This document shows, piece by piece, positions 16,701-25,934 of a stretch of DNA of 42,980 nt. The DNA is from Pseudomonadota bacterium (lineage in GTDB: Bacteria > Desulfobacterota > Desulfobacteria > Desulfobacterales > RPRI01). A program made the position numbers and the translations under genes. The notes below the pieces were generated by a model, which did not search any database, was not told the origin of the DNA, and saw only the letters and a list, made by a program, of their open reading frames with translations. Every line of letters begins with the position of its first letter. Positions within the stretch are counted from its first letter, which is position 1. The DNA lies in assembly GCA_043825875.1 (NCBI GenBank), contig JBDRRF010000117.1, forward strand, positions 1 through 42,980. Reading direction: 5' to 3'.

Positions 16701-18229
16701 GCATTTGACACGGTTGCTTCCGAGTCATCTACAAATATCTTAACACGATTTGCTAAAGCTTTTGTTCCATCATAGATAACCGTTATGGTCTTTTCATTAC
16801 CACTGCCTATCCAGCTTGCATTTACATATCCAACAGAATCAGAGGTATAATACAATCTTGCCGTTTTGCTTGTAGTTGCATTATGCGTCATATCAGCAAA
16901 ATAAAGCACAAAATTACTTAAAGTATGGTCCCATTTAACGCCAAGCCTGCCAGCTATGACACCCTCTCCAAGCTGATTAAGCCTAATTCGCAATTGGGCT
17001 GTGCCCTTATAGGTTCCCATCCCCTCAGCCCTATAGGCGTCTTCACCAGAGGCAATTTTTGTATAATCTGGATCGGTTCCAGCGTCAACGCTATAAAGAG
17101 CCCTATCCCAAAGTATGCCGCCATGTACGGAACCGTCCTCGTTTAATTCATAGCCATTATTACATCGAGCGGTTGTTGAGCTGAGTGGTGTAGTAAATCC
17201 GCCCACTGTTGATGGTATGGCGATTGAATCCCATCCATTAAACACCAATTCATAATCATCATTTACATAGGGTTCCATCGGTGAAAAATACCCATATACA
17301 CCGCTAACCCTTTCTTGTGGCCTTTTCCCCTCAGCCTCATCAAGAGGAAGGTAAAATTTAAGGTCATTGCCCGTACTGGATAAAACAACATCTTTATTAT
17401 TCAATATTTCAGAAATAGAGCGATAATCCCCCCACATGCGCCATTCAGCCAGAGCCCCATTATCTAAACCCAATTGATAACATGCACCAAACAAAGGATA
17501 TGAATTAACGTTGCCATTACCACCGAATGCCGTTCCTATATTTGCCACATGAGCGGACTTTATCAAACTTTCATTGTCAGAAGCAGGGCCTGTATTTTTT
17601 GTCATGGCCGAATAGGAAGTATCATCATCAATAGATAACCACATGCCGCCATCTGTATCCCTAGCAATGGCAATATGATGCCATTCACCATCAGTAGGAA
17701 TCGTTTCATAATAATAGACATTGGCCGTTACTGTAGCTGCCGATCCTCCGGCTGTACCATCATGGGTTAAAAACTCAACCTGCACCCCTGTTATTCTGAG
17801 AGTAGACCCGCTCTCAACAACAGGATAAAACGCAACTCGCATATGCTTATACGCACCAGTAGAATTACGCATATATGGATTAGATGCTATCTCATATTCC
17901 TGCCCTCTGAAATTGCATTTATACCAAAACTCTATAGTAAAATCAACCTTGTCGAGCGCCATCATGCCGCATGTATTATAAGCCGTGCCAAGTGCCACAT
18001 AAGGAATAGTAACCTCTGAATTTTTCGGAAAATAAAGACCGCTGCGATTAAAGGATGTACCCGTGACAACTTCCCTATATCCACCGCGCACCGTGCGGAT
18101 GCCGCCTTTGCGGGCTCTGTAGTTATAGGACAAAGACACAGCTTCAGGATTCTTTCTTCCCAAGATAAAAGGATCTGAAGTGGCGTCTACTCCTGCAAAA
18201 TTAGAAATACTGTACGGTATTAAAGTCAT
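13784..18229 (-). CDS. Tail nozzle / head-closure protein (P22 gp10-like) with a LamG/concanavalin-A-like domain (1481 aa)
   Basis: N-terminal NFAGVD; LamG motifs FTIEFWYK, DGEWHHIAIARD, GALAEWRMW; C-terminal propeller motifs YGRLF, LYAFKDNSIFRI, GVGAL, FMDTNGIY; follows the adaptor gene. Confidence 0.75.
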   Translation of the reverse strand: MTLIPYSISNFAGVDATSDPFILGRKNPEAVSLSYNYRARKGGIRTVRGGYREVVTGTSFNRSGLYFPKNSEVTIPYVALGTAYNTCGMMALDKVDFTIEFWYKCNFRGQEYEIASNPYMRNSTGAYKHMRVAFYPVVESGSTLRITGVQVEFLTHDGTAGGSAATVTANVYYYETIPTDGEWHHIAIARDTDGGMWLSIDDDTSYSAMTKNTGPASDNESLIKSAHVANIGTAFGGNGNVNSYPLFGACYQLGLDNGALAEWRMWGDYRSISEILNNKDVVLSSTGNDLKFYLPLDEAEGKRPQERVSGVYGYFSPMEPYVNDDYELVFNGWDSIAIPSTVGGFTTPLSSTTARCNNGYELNEDGSVHGGILWDRALYSVDAGTDPDYTKIASGEDAYRAEGMGTYKGTAQLRIRLNQLGEGVIAGRLGVKWDHTLSNFVLYFADMTHNATTSKTARLYYTSDSVGYVNASWIGSGNEKTITVIYDGTKALANRVKIFVDDSEATVSNAAVGYWNDTDTTGYPMTTLGDTYPAFVENWTDAFIGVTGAIGGMPSNPNMGVAFDLLFFRQWWDDHPYAESGADSDADNQNLVDATYNVNKLPDRERLFLDRANTDDQDPMGGAAALKSCWISDLSGYDFSAYKKRVFVVCPSLSFPDSEEGSFTAGTSALLLGNKYIVKRGIQWDYGYGAYAASEKRVLLFPQSYVGFSKKYIGYLWRSGFLLSNLVNDLNSDTFKYNFQERIIFTDGNGSSATGGDYDFRYRDQRLVGTFIDDSPVQGSEDIGGISYKTRYFELNGGGSTTKSGHSVYKLRSLSPRWCSGPLSFAANFPYIQAIVRYKTEKEDVNHLFVVANSQIWEVNTSTGVCTQREKGWIKSGLTNAVNFSIVNNRGVFLSLDDAIKITPKDKFAFLGVERPTQISFTDIPEVLVSEIAGFSDSDAVINHENRIAYTLQYSDMGNGAFSGTMPIFKDSNFMVYLDTQLSPQIGAPEVELQTYGTADPDARNLLLYKTKDLEGIGVESLLYKASDQIMPDGFEAVRVYDRMLYTQMTDQSLLPLSHYGQDLVPRPGAAMEVAYGRLFMFNVDELASALTWSDVDSLGLAIPDQFPELNALIIEEGGTTSGKALQRFNGILYAFKDNSIFRINPESGGTFSSQLIYKGVGALNQRCVLVAGDAMLFMDTNGIYSYTQGEPQLVTTGLADFFANNVNQTTLSSKAFMLHSKKDDLVLAFVPSSSSSYCDRCVVIDLRTGVISIDAVPYVTCGYVDGETIYVGTPYGKILKYDPDTYVDVADSALTGTGSVSGATVTGGLSLPVDGSNIGAVVYIADTTNHRVWSGTITSEISTSSFSVDSWKAIFNATGETPSGTITYYIGHILVYEKTPIFNFQGNLGESTMYNKNLKEVEWLSTGFSSISGMMTKHDYDNGVTDPTASHSPSGQEYRYPVLQGMHKGFSMESVFFASSAFSMRNVTYNIEHTKGKLHG

Positions 18230-18927
18230 CTTCTGAACCTTCTATTTTTTCTCACAATGGTTTGCGGCATGGTGCGGATACTGTCATATTGAGATGAACC
18301 CTGGTCCTCTTGCTGCGCTGCCAATACCAGAGCCTCCATAAACCCGGCTTTTTCTTCATTAACTTTGCGAGCGTCCGATTCAATCTGCTTCAGCATTTCA
18401 TACGTGGCCTTGCGCAACACAAGTTCCCATATAAACGGAGGCAACAAAGGAACAGTTGAAAGATCGGCCGTAATCCATTCATTGAATATCTTTGTATACC
18501 ATAATTGATATGTGGTGTTTATAGCGGGCGCCGTGTAAATCTCGATGTTCATATGAGGCGCTTCAACGCTGGTGTCCTGAGAAGGTTCAACATAACAAAA
18601 AAAGGTCGGGTCCGTCAGCGACGTATCTTCCTTAGCCTGGCAAAACGGAAGCGGATCAAGCCGAGTTATAAGCACATTTTCACCAGTTTTATATATGGAC
18701 AGAATGCGCGATAGGTCATCGGGCATCGCTATAACGCCGGTTGCATCGGAAGTTGTAACGGTTGTCTTTTTACGGGCAAACGACCAATCACGATAATTGG
18801 TGATATAGTTCAATGCCTGATTCATTTTACGAAGCGCAACAGCTTGGAAATCGGATGAGTTTGGAGCCCCTACTCTATCGAGAACGTCCGTCCGTCCTTC
18901 GCTTATTGTTTGTGCTAAAATAGCCAT
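18226..18927 (-). CDS. Head-tail adaptor (tail tubular protein A-like)
   Basis: MNQAL...RDWSF, MPDD and PLLPP motifs; directly upstream of the nozzle. Confidence 0.75.
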   Translation of the reverse strand: MAILAQTISEGRTDVLDRVGAPNSSDFQAVALRKMNQALNYITNYRDWSFARKKTTVTTSDATGVIAMPDDLSRILSIYKTGENVLITRLDPLPFCQAKEDTSLTDPTFFCYVEPSQDTSVEAPHMNIEIYTAPAINTTYQLWYTKIFNEWITADLSTVPLLPPFIWELVLRKATYEMLKQIESDARKVNEEKAGFMEALVLAAQQEDQGSSQYDSIRTMPQTIVRKNRRFRR

Positions 18928-18929
18928 AT

Positions 18930-20363
18930 TTAAAATCCTTGTTGAGCATACCAATAAGAGCCTGCCACACTCTCTTCAACGGCAGGGAAAATAGACGGCA
19001 GGTATATACCGGTTAATGCGCTTTTATTTGCCACAGTCACGGGCGGGCCTGTAGTTTCACTTGATTCTCTTATTCTCCCAAGAGTCACAACCTCGCTGGC
19101 CGCCATATCAGGCATCAGTATCCCATGAGAACATCCGCAATTGGTTATGTTTTGAGTGGCACTTACATAGCCTCTAAAATATGTTCCAGAATTGCCATAA
19201 TATTGGGCTGTGCCATCTATGCTAAATCTGACATATGTATTGTACCTGTATTCGACAGTCTGACTTGTATTTTGGGCATACATGCCGAATAAAAACAAAT
19301 AATCGCCATCAGTCTGAACCGTTATCTCGTCGGTACTTGATGCCGTGCTATGAGCAAAATCTGAATCGTCTTCTAACTCGCTCGCCCAATTAAAATCGGT
19401 CAAACTCGCCTGGCTCAGATCTTGCGATCCTGCACTATCATACACCCATACTTTATTTATAGGAGTAGATGTATCAGCGCCTTCAAGTTTAACAACTTGA
19501 ATATATGTCTGTTCATCATTAATAACTGCCGATCCGAACCTATTTGACGTTGTTGTATTCAAACTTAAAAATGGATTTGATGAGTCAGCTTCAAACAGGC
19601 AAATCCCGCTGAGAATTTGCGTACCACATCCATTTGTCTGTCTTGCATATTTGAATGACCTGCTCCCAATTATTTCTGCCCCATCAAGTTCAAGCCATGC
19701 CACAGCACCAACACGAGTCGGAGGGGAAGCCGTTGAAGTGAAAGTAATGCTATAGCATGCAATGTACCACCCTTGCTCGCATTCTATATCCTCCTCATTT
19801 ACCTGAAGAGCAAAAGAGCCAGAATCTTCTTCCTCTACCGTTTTCCATACAACTGTATCACCTATATTCTGAACAAGTGAAGCATCAGCTCCAGAGGCCC
19901 TGAAATAATCCCAATCATCATTAAGTTTTAATATTTGAAGACCACTGGAGCTTGCCCTGCGCGCTGCGTTATTGGTTGTTGGATCAGTGGAAGCCTTGGC
20001 AATTTCTAATACAAGATCCTGGTTGGCTGTGTCTATTTGAATTATGCCAGCCCCATACACATAAGCCTGCGTGCAGCCCTGCGTGTTTCTGGCGTATCCC
20101 GAACCTCTGACCTCAACATCAGTGCCATTATATTTAAGATTGGCCTGAGCAGAATAGCGCAATCCTGCATCAATATCGATAGTCTCATTGAACATGCATA
20201 GATATTTGCCGGTTGACCCAAGATTGACATTCTTGGAACTCGACAACGTGAAAGTCGAATCTTCGCGCACGGTGGTGTCGAACTCGACATCGGCGTAAGA
20301 TGCGCTGTCCCTATCTTCCCCGCCTGTCGATTCTCTATAGATTGCCATGTGGCCCGCGGTCAT
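18930..20363 (-). CDS. Virion protein with three tandem C1q/BclA-like jelly-roll repeats (477 aa)
   Basis: Three repeats of about 150 aa, each with a F/W...ED motif followed by G-x-Y-hydrophobic strand. Confidence 0.6.
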   Translation of the reverse strand: MTAGHMAIYRESTGGEDRDSASYADVEFDTTVREDSTFTLSSSKNVNLGSTGKYLCMFNETIDIDAGLRYSAQANLKYNGTDVEVRGSGYARNTQGCTQAYVYGAGIIQIDTANQDLVLEIAKASTDPTTNNAARRASSSGLQILKLNDDWDYFRASGADASLVQNIGDTVVWKTVEEEDSGSFALQVNEEDIECEQGWYIACYSITFTSTASPPTRVGAVAWLELDGAEIIGSRSFKYARQTNGCGTQILSGICLFEADSSNPFLSLNTTTSNRFGSAVINDEQTYIQVVKLEGADTSTPINKVWVYDSAGSQDLSQASLTDFNWASELEDDSDFAHSTASSTDEITVQTDGDYLFLFGMYAQNTSQTVEYRYNTYVRFSIDGTAQYYGNSGTYFRGYVSATQNITNCGCSHGILMPDMAASEVVTLGRIRESSETTGPPVTVANKSALTGIYLPSIFPAVEESVAGSYWYAQQGF

Positions 20364-21682
20364 GACGAAGGATATCCCCTATTTACAGCCACTATGTCCA
20401 TTTCAGATGCAACTTCATTGTACTTGCATAACACATACGTTATTGCATAAGCTGTTTCATCCACGCTCGTATCTGTAATTTCACCTGCATTATAATCAGC
20501 ATGCCATGTGACCGTATGCCCTCCTGCCGAATCTTGCCGAAAACGGAATTCTATTAACATACCTTCTGATAAATTCGATGGAACATTTACTGTTGTATCG
20601 CCTGATAACTCAACATCAAACTTGAAACCGTTATTCGCATTCGTCACAAGAGGGTTGGCAAAAGCCTGGTCATAATATTTTTCGACGAGAGACCTGCGCA
20701 ACTCGGCAATTGTTATATAATAATTGGCAGGTTGAGAACCTGCCGAAATATCATTTATACAAAGCTTATCTCCGTCAGCGGGAACATATGTGCCGCTACC
20801 CCCTCCAAGACCATTGATATTAAAACCAATAAAATACGTGCCAGGCGACTGTGTATCGTTATAGGTCATTGGCAACACTGGATAAATCACCCATTCGTTC
20901 GAAAGATCCGAATCCGCTACTTTAACGATGTATTGCGAATCAGAAGGAGCAAAATCATGGGTATGTTGCAAATCGGCATTATCCACATCACCGTCACTTG
21001 TCAGCGCGTCATGCTGCGCGGATGTCAGATGATAATATTCGGATGTCGTGCCGCCCTGTTTGCTGGTCGTATCGTTATGCGCATGCGTGTGCCCGACCTC
21101 TGATTTATCGGCATGGTCATGGAGCAATTGAGCGTCAGAGGAAGCGCCTCCGGTCAGCGTGTTTAACTCGGCACCCGTTGCGGAAGTGTCCGCGTGGTCC
21201 GCTATATTGTGCAACCCAGCAACTTGAGCTCCTGTCAGTTCCTCAACATCCCCAGCGCCGGCCGTCACCCTGCCGAGAACCCGACTCGTGGCAGACACAT
21301 TTTGCATCTTGGCATAAGTTACGGCATCATTGGCAATGGTCTGCGCACCTTCGCCATCTGAAGTGACTTCACCAGAATGGTTAGGATGCACGTAGATGGT
21401 ATCATTGTCAGGAGGTGTATCCCAAGACCCATCAGCCTTCATATACTTGCCAGAGGCTATTTCGGCAGCCGTTGGGCCTGGGGCAAAGCCATCGGTATCT
21501 TCACTAAAAACGGCATGGCCATGAGAAGCGGCAGCTTTTTCTGTATCAAGTTCCGCAATAGCAGCTTGAACATCAGTTGCTTCGATATTCCCAACAGGAG
21601 TAAACGGCACTTCTGAAGCAACCTGGTCATCAGTACCACCGCCACCTGTTCCCGGAGCTGGTTTAAATATAATTTCGGCCAT
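20360..21682 (-). CDS. Tail or head fibre protein (440 aa)
   Basis: ATDVQAAIAELDTEK, YVHPNHSG and AVTYAKMQNV fibre repeats; HxH motifs; C-terminal QDSAGGHTVTW domain. Confidence 0.75.
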   Translation of the reverse strand: MAEIIFKPAPGTGGGGTDDQVASEVPFTPVGNIEATDVQAAIAELDTEKAAASHGHAVFSEDTDGFAPGPTAAEIASGKYMKADGSWDTPPDNDTIYVHPNHSGEVTSDGEGAQTIANDAVTYAKMQNVSATSRVLGRVTAGAGDVEELTGAQVAGLHNIADHADTSATGAELNTLTGGASSDAQLLHDHADKSEVGHTHAHNDTTSKQGGTTSEYYHLTSAQHDALTSDGDVDNADLQHTHDFAPSDSQYIVKVADSDLSNEWVIYPVLPMTYNDTQSPGTYFIGFNINGLGGGSGTYVPADGDKLCINDISAGSQPANYYITIAELRRSLVEKYYDQAFANPLVTNANNGFKFDVELSGDTTVNVPSNLSEGMLIEFRFRQDSAGGHTVTWHADYNAGEITDTSVDETAYAITYVLCKYNEVASEMDIVAVNRGYPSS

Positions 21683-21685
21683 GTC

Positions 21686-22048
21686 TCACAACTCCCAAAA
21701 TACCACATCACCAGTTCCAGATGCAACGCGCCCATAGACACTCAGATTCGTTGGGAAAAATACACCTTCATTGTCTTCAAGGTAAGCGTGGTCCGTTGTA
21801 GCAGGATCAACATTGATAGATAAATGCACAACGGCATCTGTTCGAGCCACAACTTGAATTCCAACCGATCGACTACCGGCCTTTGTCCCGATCTCGACAG
21901 ATGTAGTTGTCAAAGTCTGAATATCGCTATTTGCACCGTCCGGAGCATTTGTTATATCAGCAACGAGCGTGACCCTTTTGGCGTCTTTTGAATAGTCATG
22001 CTCATTTCTTGATATATCAGATTCAGTTTGCGGAGTAGTTATTGACAT
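21686..22048 (-). CDS. Small beta-rich virion protein (120 aa)
   Basis: In the structural operon, translationally coupled. Confidence 0.6.
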   Translation of the reverse strand: MSITTPQTESDISRNEHDYSKDAKRVTLVADITNAPDGANSDIQTLTTTSVEIGTKAGSRSVGIQVVARTDAVVHLSINVDPATTDHAYLEDNEGVFFPTNLSVYGRVASGTGDVVFWEL

Positions 22049-22416
22049 CAGATTAGATAATATCCAACCGTCACATAGAACTTGTTGGTATTCGCGCCAT
22101 AAACCTTAATGCTCAAGTTCTCATTTTCGCCAATGGCCGTTATGAACTCACCGTCAAATCTATGAAATATCGGCCAAGTGAGAGCTGATTGCAAAGCGCC
22201 ATTCACCAATGTGGATGAACCGCTTTTCATGTCATATTTGAGATTTACCGTGCCCATGACGCTATTCGTTACACAAACCCACATCGGAACAATTTTTTTA
22301 CCAGCTACAGCCGTCACCATCACTTTTTCTTTATTGCCGGTAAGTCCCACAGAAAACTCGATTCCCCCTGTGTTTCTTGACCTACAACCACTTTGATTAT
22401 ATAGAAATAGATCCAT
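22048..22416 (-). CDS. Small beta-rich virion protein (122 aa)
   Basis: AVAGKKIV..VCVT motif resembles the upstream gene. Confidence 0.6.
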   Translation of the reverse strand: MDLFLYNQSGCRSRNTGGIEFSVGLTGNKEKVMVTAVAGKKIVPMWVCVTNSVMGTVNLKYDMKSGSSTLVNGALQSALTWPIFHRFDGEFITAIGENENLSIKVYGANTNKFYVTVGYYLI

Positions 22417-22417
22417 G

Positions 22418-22798
22418 TCAATCCATCACAAAAGAGGTAACAGTTATATTTACAGTCTTACCGGCAGCCGTAGTACTGGCCGCCAAATACTGCCCAAGAT
22501 TGAGCATAATAGGGCACGATGAAAAATCAAAAATGACAGGACAAGCCGCGGACCACATCAGATCAATAAACAACTCATAATCAAGAGTGTCATCAGAATT
22601 GAACACACTGATTGTGACCTTTGCTGTTGCGCCCACATCAGTTGGGGATATTAAAAGTTTACTAATCACCAACCGTTTTCCAGATGGGGGCGTTGCAATG
22701 GCCTCGTCAGCAGAAGCTAACCCTCCATCGCCCACATCTACCTGAATGTGAGTGCCGGAAAGATCATATAGACGTTTCGCTAAACTGCTCGCTACCAT
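22418..22798 (-). CDS. Small beta-rich virion protein (126 aa)
   Basis: GGAGGTG RBS before ATG 22798; PPSGKRLVISKLLIS motif. Confidence 0.6.
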   Translation of the reverse strand: MVASSLAKRLYDLSGTHIQVDVGDGGLASADEAIATPPSGKRLVISKLLISPTDVGATAKVTISVFNSDDTLDYELFIDLMWSAACPVIFDFSSCPIMLNLGQYLAASTTAAGKTVNITVTSFVMD

Positions 22799-23237
22799 CG
22801 ACCGCACCTCCCACATCTAATGGGCCATTGATATGGACCGTAGGTTCCTTGGACCGTTGCCGCTGCTTCTTGATGAAATTGTGGAAACTACTCATCTCAT
22901 TTTTCTGTTCAGGGGACATGGACTTATCGAGATATTCAGCCCCTTTCTTGCGGGCCACTTCAGCAGCTTCAGCCATCTTCTTGGCCACAGCCTGAGACGG
23001 AAGACGCCAAAACTTCCGGCGCCACCGCATGCCATCAGGACTTGTAAGCATATCATCGAGTATCTTCGATATTTCCGGGTCCGTTGCGGAATAGAGACCT
23101 TTAGTAAAGCGGACAGAAGCGCCTGGAACCATAATTATTTCGCCATTATGGACTTCTTTTCTGGCATGCCTCAAGTGGAGGCACAAGCTTTCTTTTGTTG
23201 AACGATAAGTAACAGAATCATGTTTTTGAATTGCCAT
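22764..23237 (-). CDS. Hypothetical protein downstream of the capsid gene (157 aa)
   Basis: AGGA RBS; VRFTKGLYSATDPE motif. Confidence 0.65.
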   Translation of the reverse strand: MAIQKHDSVTYRSTKESLCLHLRHARKEVHNGEIIMVPGASVRFTKGLYSATDPEISKILDDMLTSPDGMRWRRKFWRLPSQAVAKKMAEAAEVARKKGAEYLDKSMSPEQKNEMSSFHNFIKKQRQRSKEPTVHINGPLDVGGAVDGSEQFSETSI

Positions 23238-23248
23238 GTGGATTTCCT

Positions 23249-23280
23249 AAAAAGCTTGGGCGGAACGTGCCCGCCCAAGC
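23249..23280 (-). terminator. Rho-independent terminator after the major capsid gene
   Basis: GCTTGGGCGG/CCGCCCAAGC hairpin followed by TTTTT on the minus strand. Confidence 0.85.
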
Positions 23281-23300
23281 GACACGTTGAATTATGCGGT

Positions 23301-24524
23301 CTATGCGATATCGAAACCGTAAATAGCCATGCAGGTTTCCTGGTTCACGACCTGGAGTCCGCATTCGGTCATATACTGGTCTTCGATGGAATCCCGGTCA
23401 TTCTCCTGAATGCCCATTTCAAGCTGCGTATCACGCAAGGTGCGCATGTACACGTTCTTGAGATCCAGGATAACGGCCATCTTCGAAAGATCAAAAGACC
23501 CAACCGCCGGCCAAGTCCCACCTGTGCCAGCCGTCGAGTAATCGTAAAGCATCTTTTCGTTGACGATGTTCAGCTCCCCATGCGGAGAAATATACCGAGT
23601 GATAGCAATGCCCCAGGTATCAGCACGAGGAACGTCACGAATGGACGAACGCCCCCAAGACGACACCGTTGACAAAGCCATCGGAGAAGCGAACATGAAC
23701 TTAGTGTCAGAGCCATATCTGAAAGCCGTCTGAAGGTCAGTATCAAACGTAGTCTCAGAATATGCCCCTGTACTGTTGGAAACTGATTCATTGGTAGTGA
23801 TAAAACCATGATCTCCGGTTGCATCACCTACGAGGCCCTTGGACGTGTATGTGACGCCCGTTGTGCCAACCGTCTTTGACCGCACACCAAACCACAAAGA
23901 TCGTTCCTTGTCACGCTGATGAATCTGTGCATGTTTGTATCTCAAATACTTCAGATCAGGACCACCATACAACTTGGTTGCGTTCAGCGTCCCAGTAACT
24001 TCAAAACTCTCTTTGAAGAGCTGGCAATAGTTGTAAGGCTGCGTGATTTGAGTGGTAAGTTTGGCGCGGGCCTGAGACCCTGTCTCACTGGCATTGGCGA
24101 TATAGAACCAGTTATCAGCCGTTGCGATATCTTGCGCGTCAGTATCACCTACTCCGCGCACCACTGTGAGAGAACCTGACGAATTGGCAGTAACGAGAAT
24201 AACTTCGCCTGAATCGCCATTGAACCAGAGATCACCAGCGCGCCAAAGAGCCGCGGTTGTGGCCGTAACAGATGCGTCGGTAGAAGACGTTGCAGTAATT
24301 GTGTCGGTAACAGCTGGGAACACATCTTCCTGCCATTCAATCTTAGGATCGGTACATGGATATTTCCGAAGCTGCGAAAGCAATGCCGTCATAGGCGCCT
24401 GGTCCGCGCCGAGCAAGGCAATCTTAGGCTCGACGTCGCGTATTCGGCGACCTCCGAGAATACTGGTTCCAGCGGTGGAACCTTCACCATCCAGAAAATG
24501 TTGAACTGTCAAATGAGTCGTCAT
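23301..24524 (-). CDS. Major capsid protein (SU10/DUF5309-like, HK97 fold)
   Basis: RDV..KIALL..DQAP, KIEWQED, NYCQLF, RDKERSLWFG, YISPHGELNIV and TECGLQV motifs; follows the scaffold gene, strong terminator downstream. Confidence 0.9.
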   Translation of the reverse strand: MTTHLTVQHFLDGEGSTAGTSILGGRRIRDVEPKIALLGADQAPMTALLSQLRKYPCTDPKIEWQEDVFPAVTDTITATSSTDASVTATTAALWRAGDLWFNGDSGEVILVTANSSGSLTVVRGVGDTDAQDIATADNWFYIANASETGSQARAKLTTQITQPYNYCQLFKESFEVTGTLNATKLYGGPDLKYLRYKHAQIHQRDKERSLWFGVRSKTVGTTGVTYTSKGLVGDATGDHGFITTNESVSNSTGAYSETTFDTDLQTAFRYGSDTKFMFASPMALSTVSSWGRSSIRDVPRADTWGIAITRYISPHGELNIVNEKMLYDYSTAGTGGTWPAVGSFDLSKMAVILDLKNVYMRTLRDTQLEMGIQENDRDSIEDQYMTECGLQVVNQETCMAIYGFDIA

Positions 24525-24565
24525 TTGCTATTTAAACTCCATTATATTCTACAGCGCAAACGACT

Positions 24566-25417
24566 TTAAGACGGCGGAGGAGGCAAAGCTCCTCCAAGGC
24601 CCAAAGCGGTCAGCGCCGCTGTTTTATCTGAATTAGAACCTGAACCATCAGGACCAGACATGCCTAGCAACTCATCGACAGAAGCTTCAGGGTTATATGA
24701 CTGCACCATTTTTGCATGAGGATGCATTGAATGCTGCATGACCTTTTCAAGTTGCGCAATATTGGCCTGATGTTGACTGACATCCATCAGTTTCCCTTCT
24801 TCCCCTTTTGAAGCATAATAAGCCGACTTCAGCCTATCCATATTGGTCAACGGATAATTATGCCGTTGAGCCCAATCGAGGATTTTGGTTTTGCGCTCAT
24901 TGAAATCTGAAAACTCCGACGCCATCTTTGAAATCATGCTTTCGGCACGATCTTTCTCAAATGGCGCAAGTTTTTCTGCCATCTTTTTTTCAAGTCTTTC
25001 CTCAAGCATCCTGTTGATGCGCTCATCAAGAGCTTTTTGTTCGGTCATGTCATCCATATCAAAATCTCCTGGAATCGTTGTTTCATTGGGGTTGCCATTG
25101 CCTGTTTTATGTTCGGATGCCCATTCGTCAAGCCATCCTTGGGATTGGGCTGTCATTTTCAAGGCATCCTTATCGAGGACAACGTTGTCACCTTCATGCT
25201 TAAACAGGAACTTAACCCTTGAAGCAAAATCGTGAACAATCGCATAATTTTTTTGTAGCTGGTCATATTCACGAGACCTCGCTTCCAGATCCTTTATAAT
25301 TTCCTCCCTACTCTTGCCATGATAGAAATCGGAAGACTGCGCTTGGCCTCGCGCTGCTCCGACATTAGACTGTGCGCTTTCTGGTTGGCCTACCGGTGCG
25401 CTTACTCCTTCAGGCAT
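24566..25417 (-). CDS. Capsid scaffolding protein
   Basis: Between portal and capsid genes; YHGKSREE motif; coiled-coil. Confidence 0.75.
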   Translation of the reverse strand: MPEGVSAPVGQPESAQSNVGAARGQAQSSDFYHGKSREEIIKDLEARSREYDQLQKNYAIVHDFASRVKFLFKHEGDNVVLDKDALKMTAQSQGWLDEWASEHKTGNGNPNETTIPGDFDMDDMTEQKALDERINRMLEERLEKKMAEKLAPFEKDRAESMISKMASEFSDFNERKTKILDWAQRHNYPLTNMDRLKSAYYASKGEEGKLMDVSQHQANIAQLEKVMQHSMHPHAKMVQSYNPEASVDELLGMSGPDGSGSNSDKTAALTALGLGGALPPPPS

Positions 25418-25429
25418 AATTGCCCCTTT

Positions 25430-25669
25430 CTATGTTTTTCCTAAACTGGCAATCCATTGGGCAAGTGGATCATTGCCTTCGTTCCCAAAACCGCCGAGAA
25501 CCGTTTGCGACCCATCACCTTGTTTGCCTTTTAACCAAGTTGCCAGACATCCAAGCAGACTGGCAAGAAATTCAATATCATCAGTTCTGTTATTTGTTCC
25601 GCCTTCGCTTCCGCTCATTATTGGCATTTGCGACATTTGCGGCATTATGTTGCCTGGCAGATAACTCAT
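25430..25669 (-). CDS. Hypothetical protein (79 aa)
   Basis: ATG 25669 with AAGGA upstream; fills the gap before the scaffold gene but overlaps the upstream gene. Confidence 0.4.
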   Translation of the reverse strand: MSYLPGNIMPQMSQMPIMSGSEGGTNNRTDDIEFLASLLGCLATWLKGKQGDGSQTVLGGFGNEGNDPLAQWIASLGKT

Positions 25670-25934
25670 GTTCCACATCCTTAAAGAACGCCTGCACACC
25701 ATCTATCATGGCATTCTCGCCTTGAAAATACTCATATGTTTTACCTTTCGCTATGGCATTCCTCATTCGCTCAGGACTCAACATTAGAATGGCTATTTCA
25801 TTGCGTTTTTGTTCAAGCCATAATTTAAAATACAAAAATGGAGCTGTTGAAAAAATGGATTTCCATTGCCGGAGATCTTCAATTTTAACTTTGTCAAGAG
25901 AGGGCATCTCTTTAGGCATTTCCGGCTGCGGCAT
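25590..25934 (-). CDS. Small portal-adjacent protein (114 aa)
   Basis: Position after the portal and a YFQG motif typical of such small genes. Confidence 0.65.
   Translation of the reverse strand: MPQPEMPKEMPSLDKVKIEDLRQWKSIFSTAPFLYFKLWLEQKRNEIAILMLSPERMRNAIAKGKTYEYFQGENAMIDGVQAFFKDVEHELSARQHNAANVANANNERKRRRNK

Noticed and set aside
23238..23310. Programmed frameshift or read-through extension of the capsid protein
   Set aside because: No slippery sequence at the capsid 3' end, and a strong terminator follows
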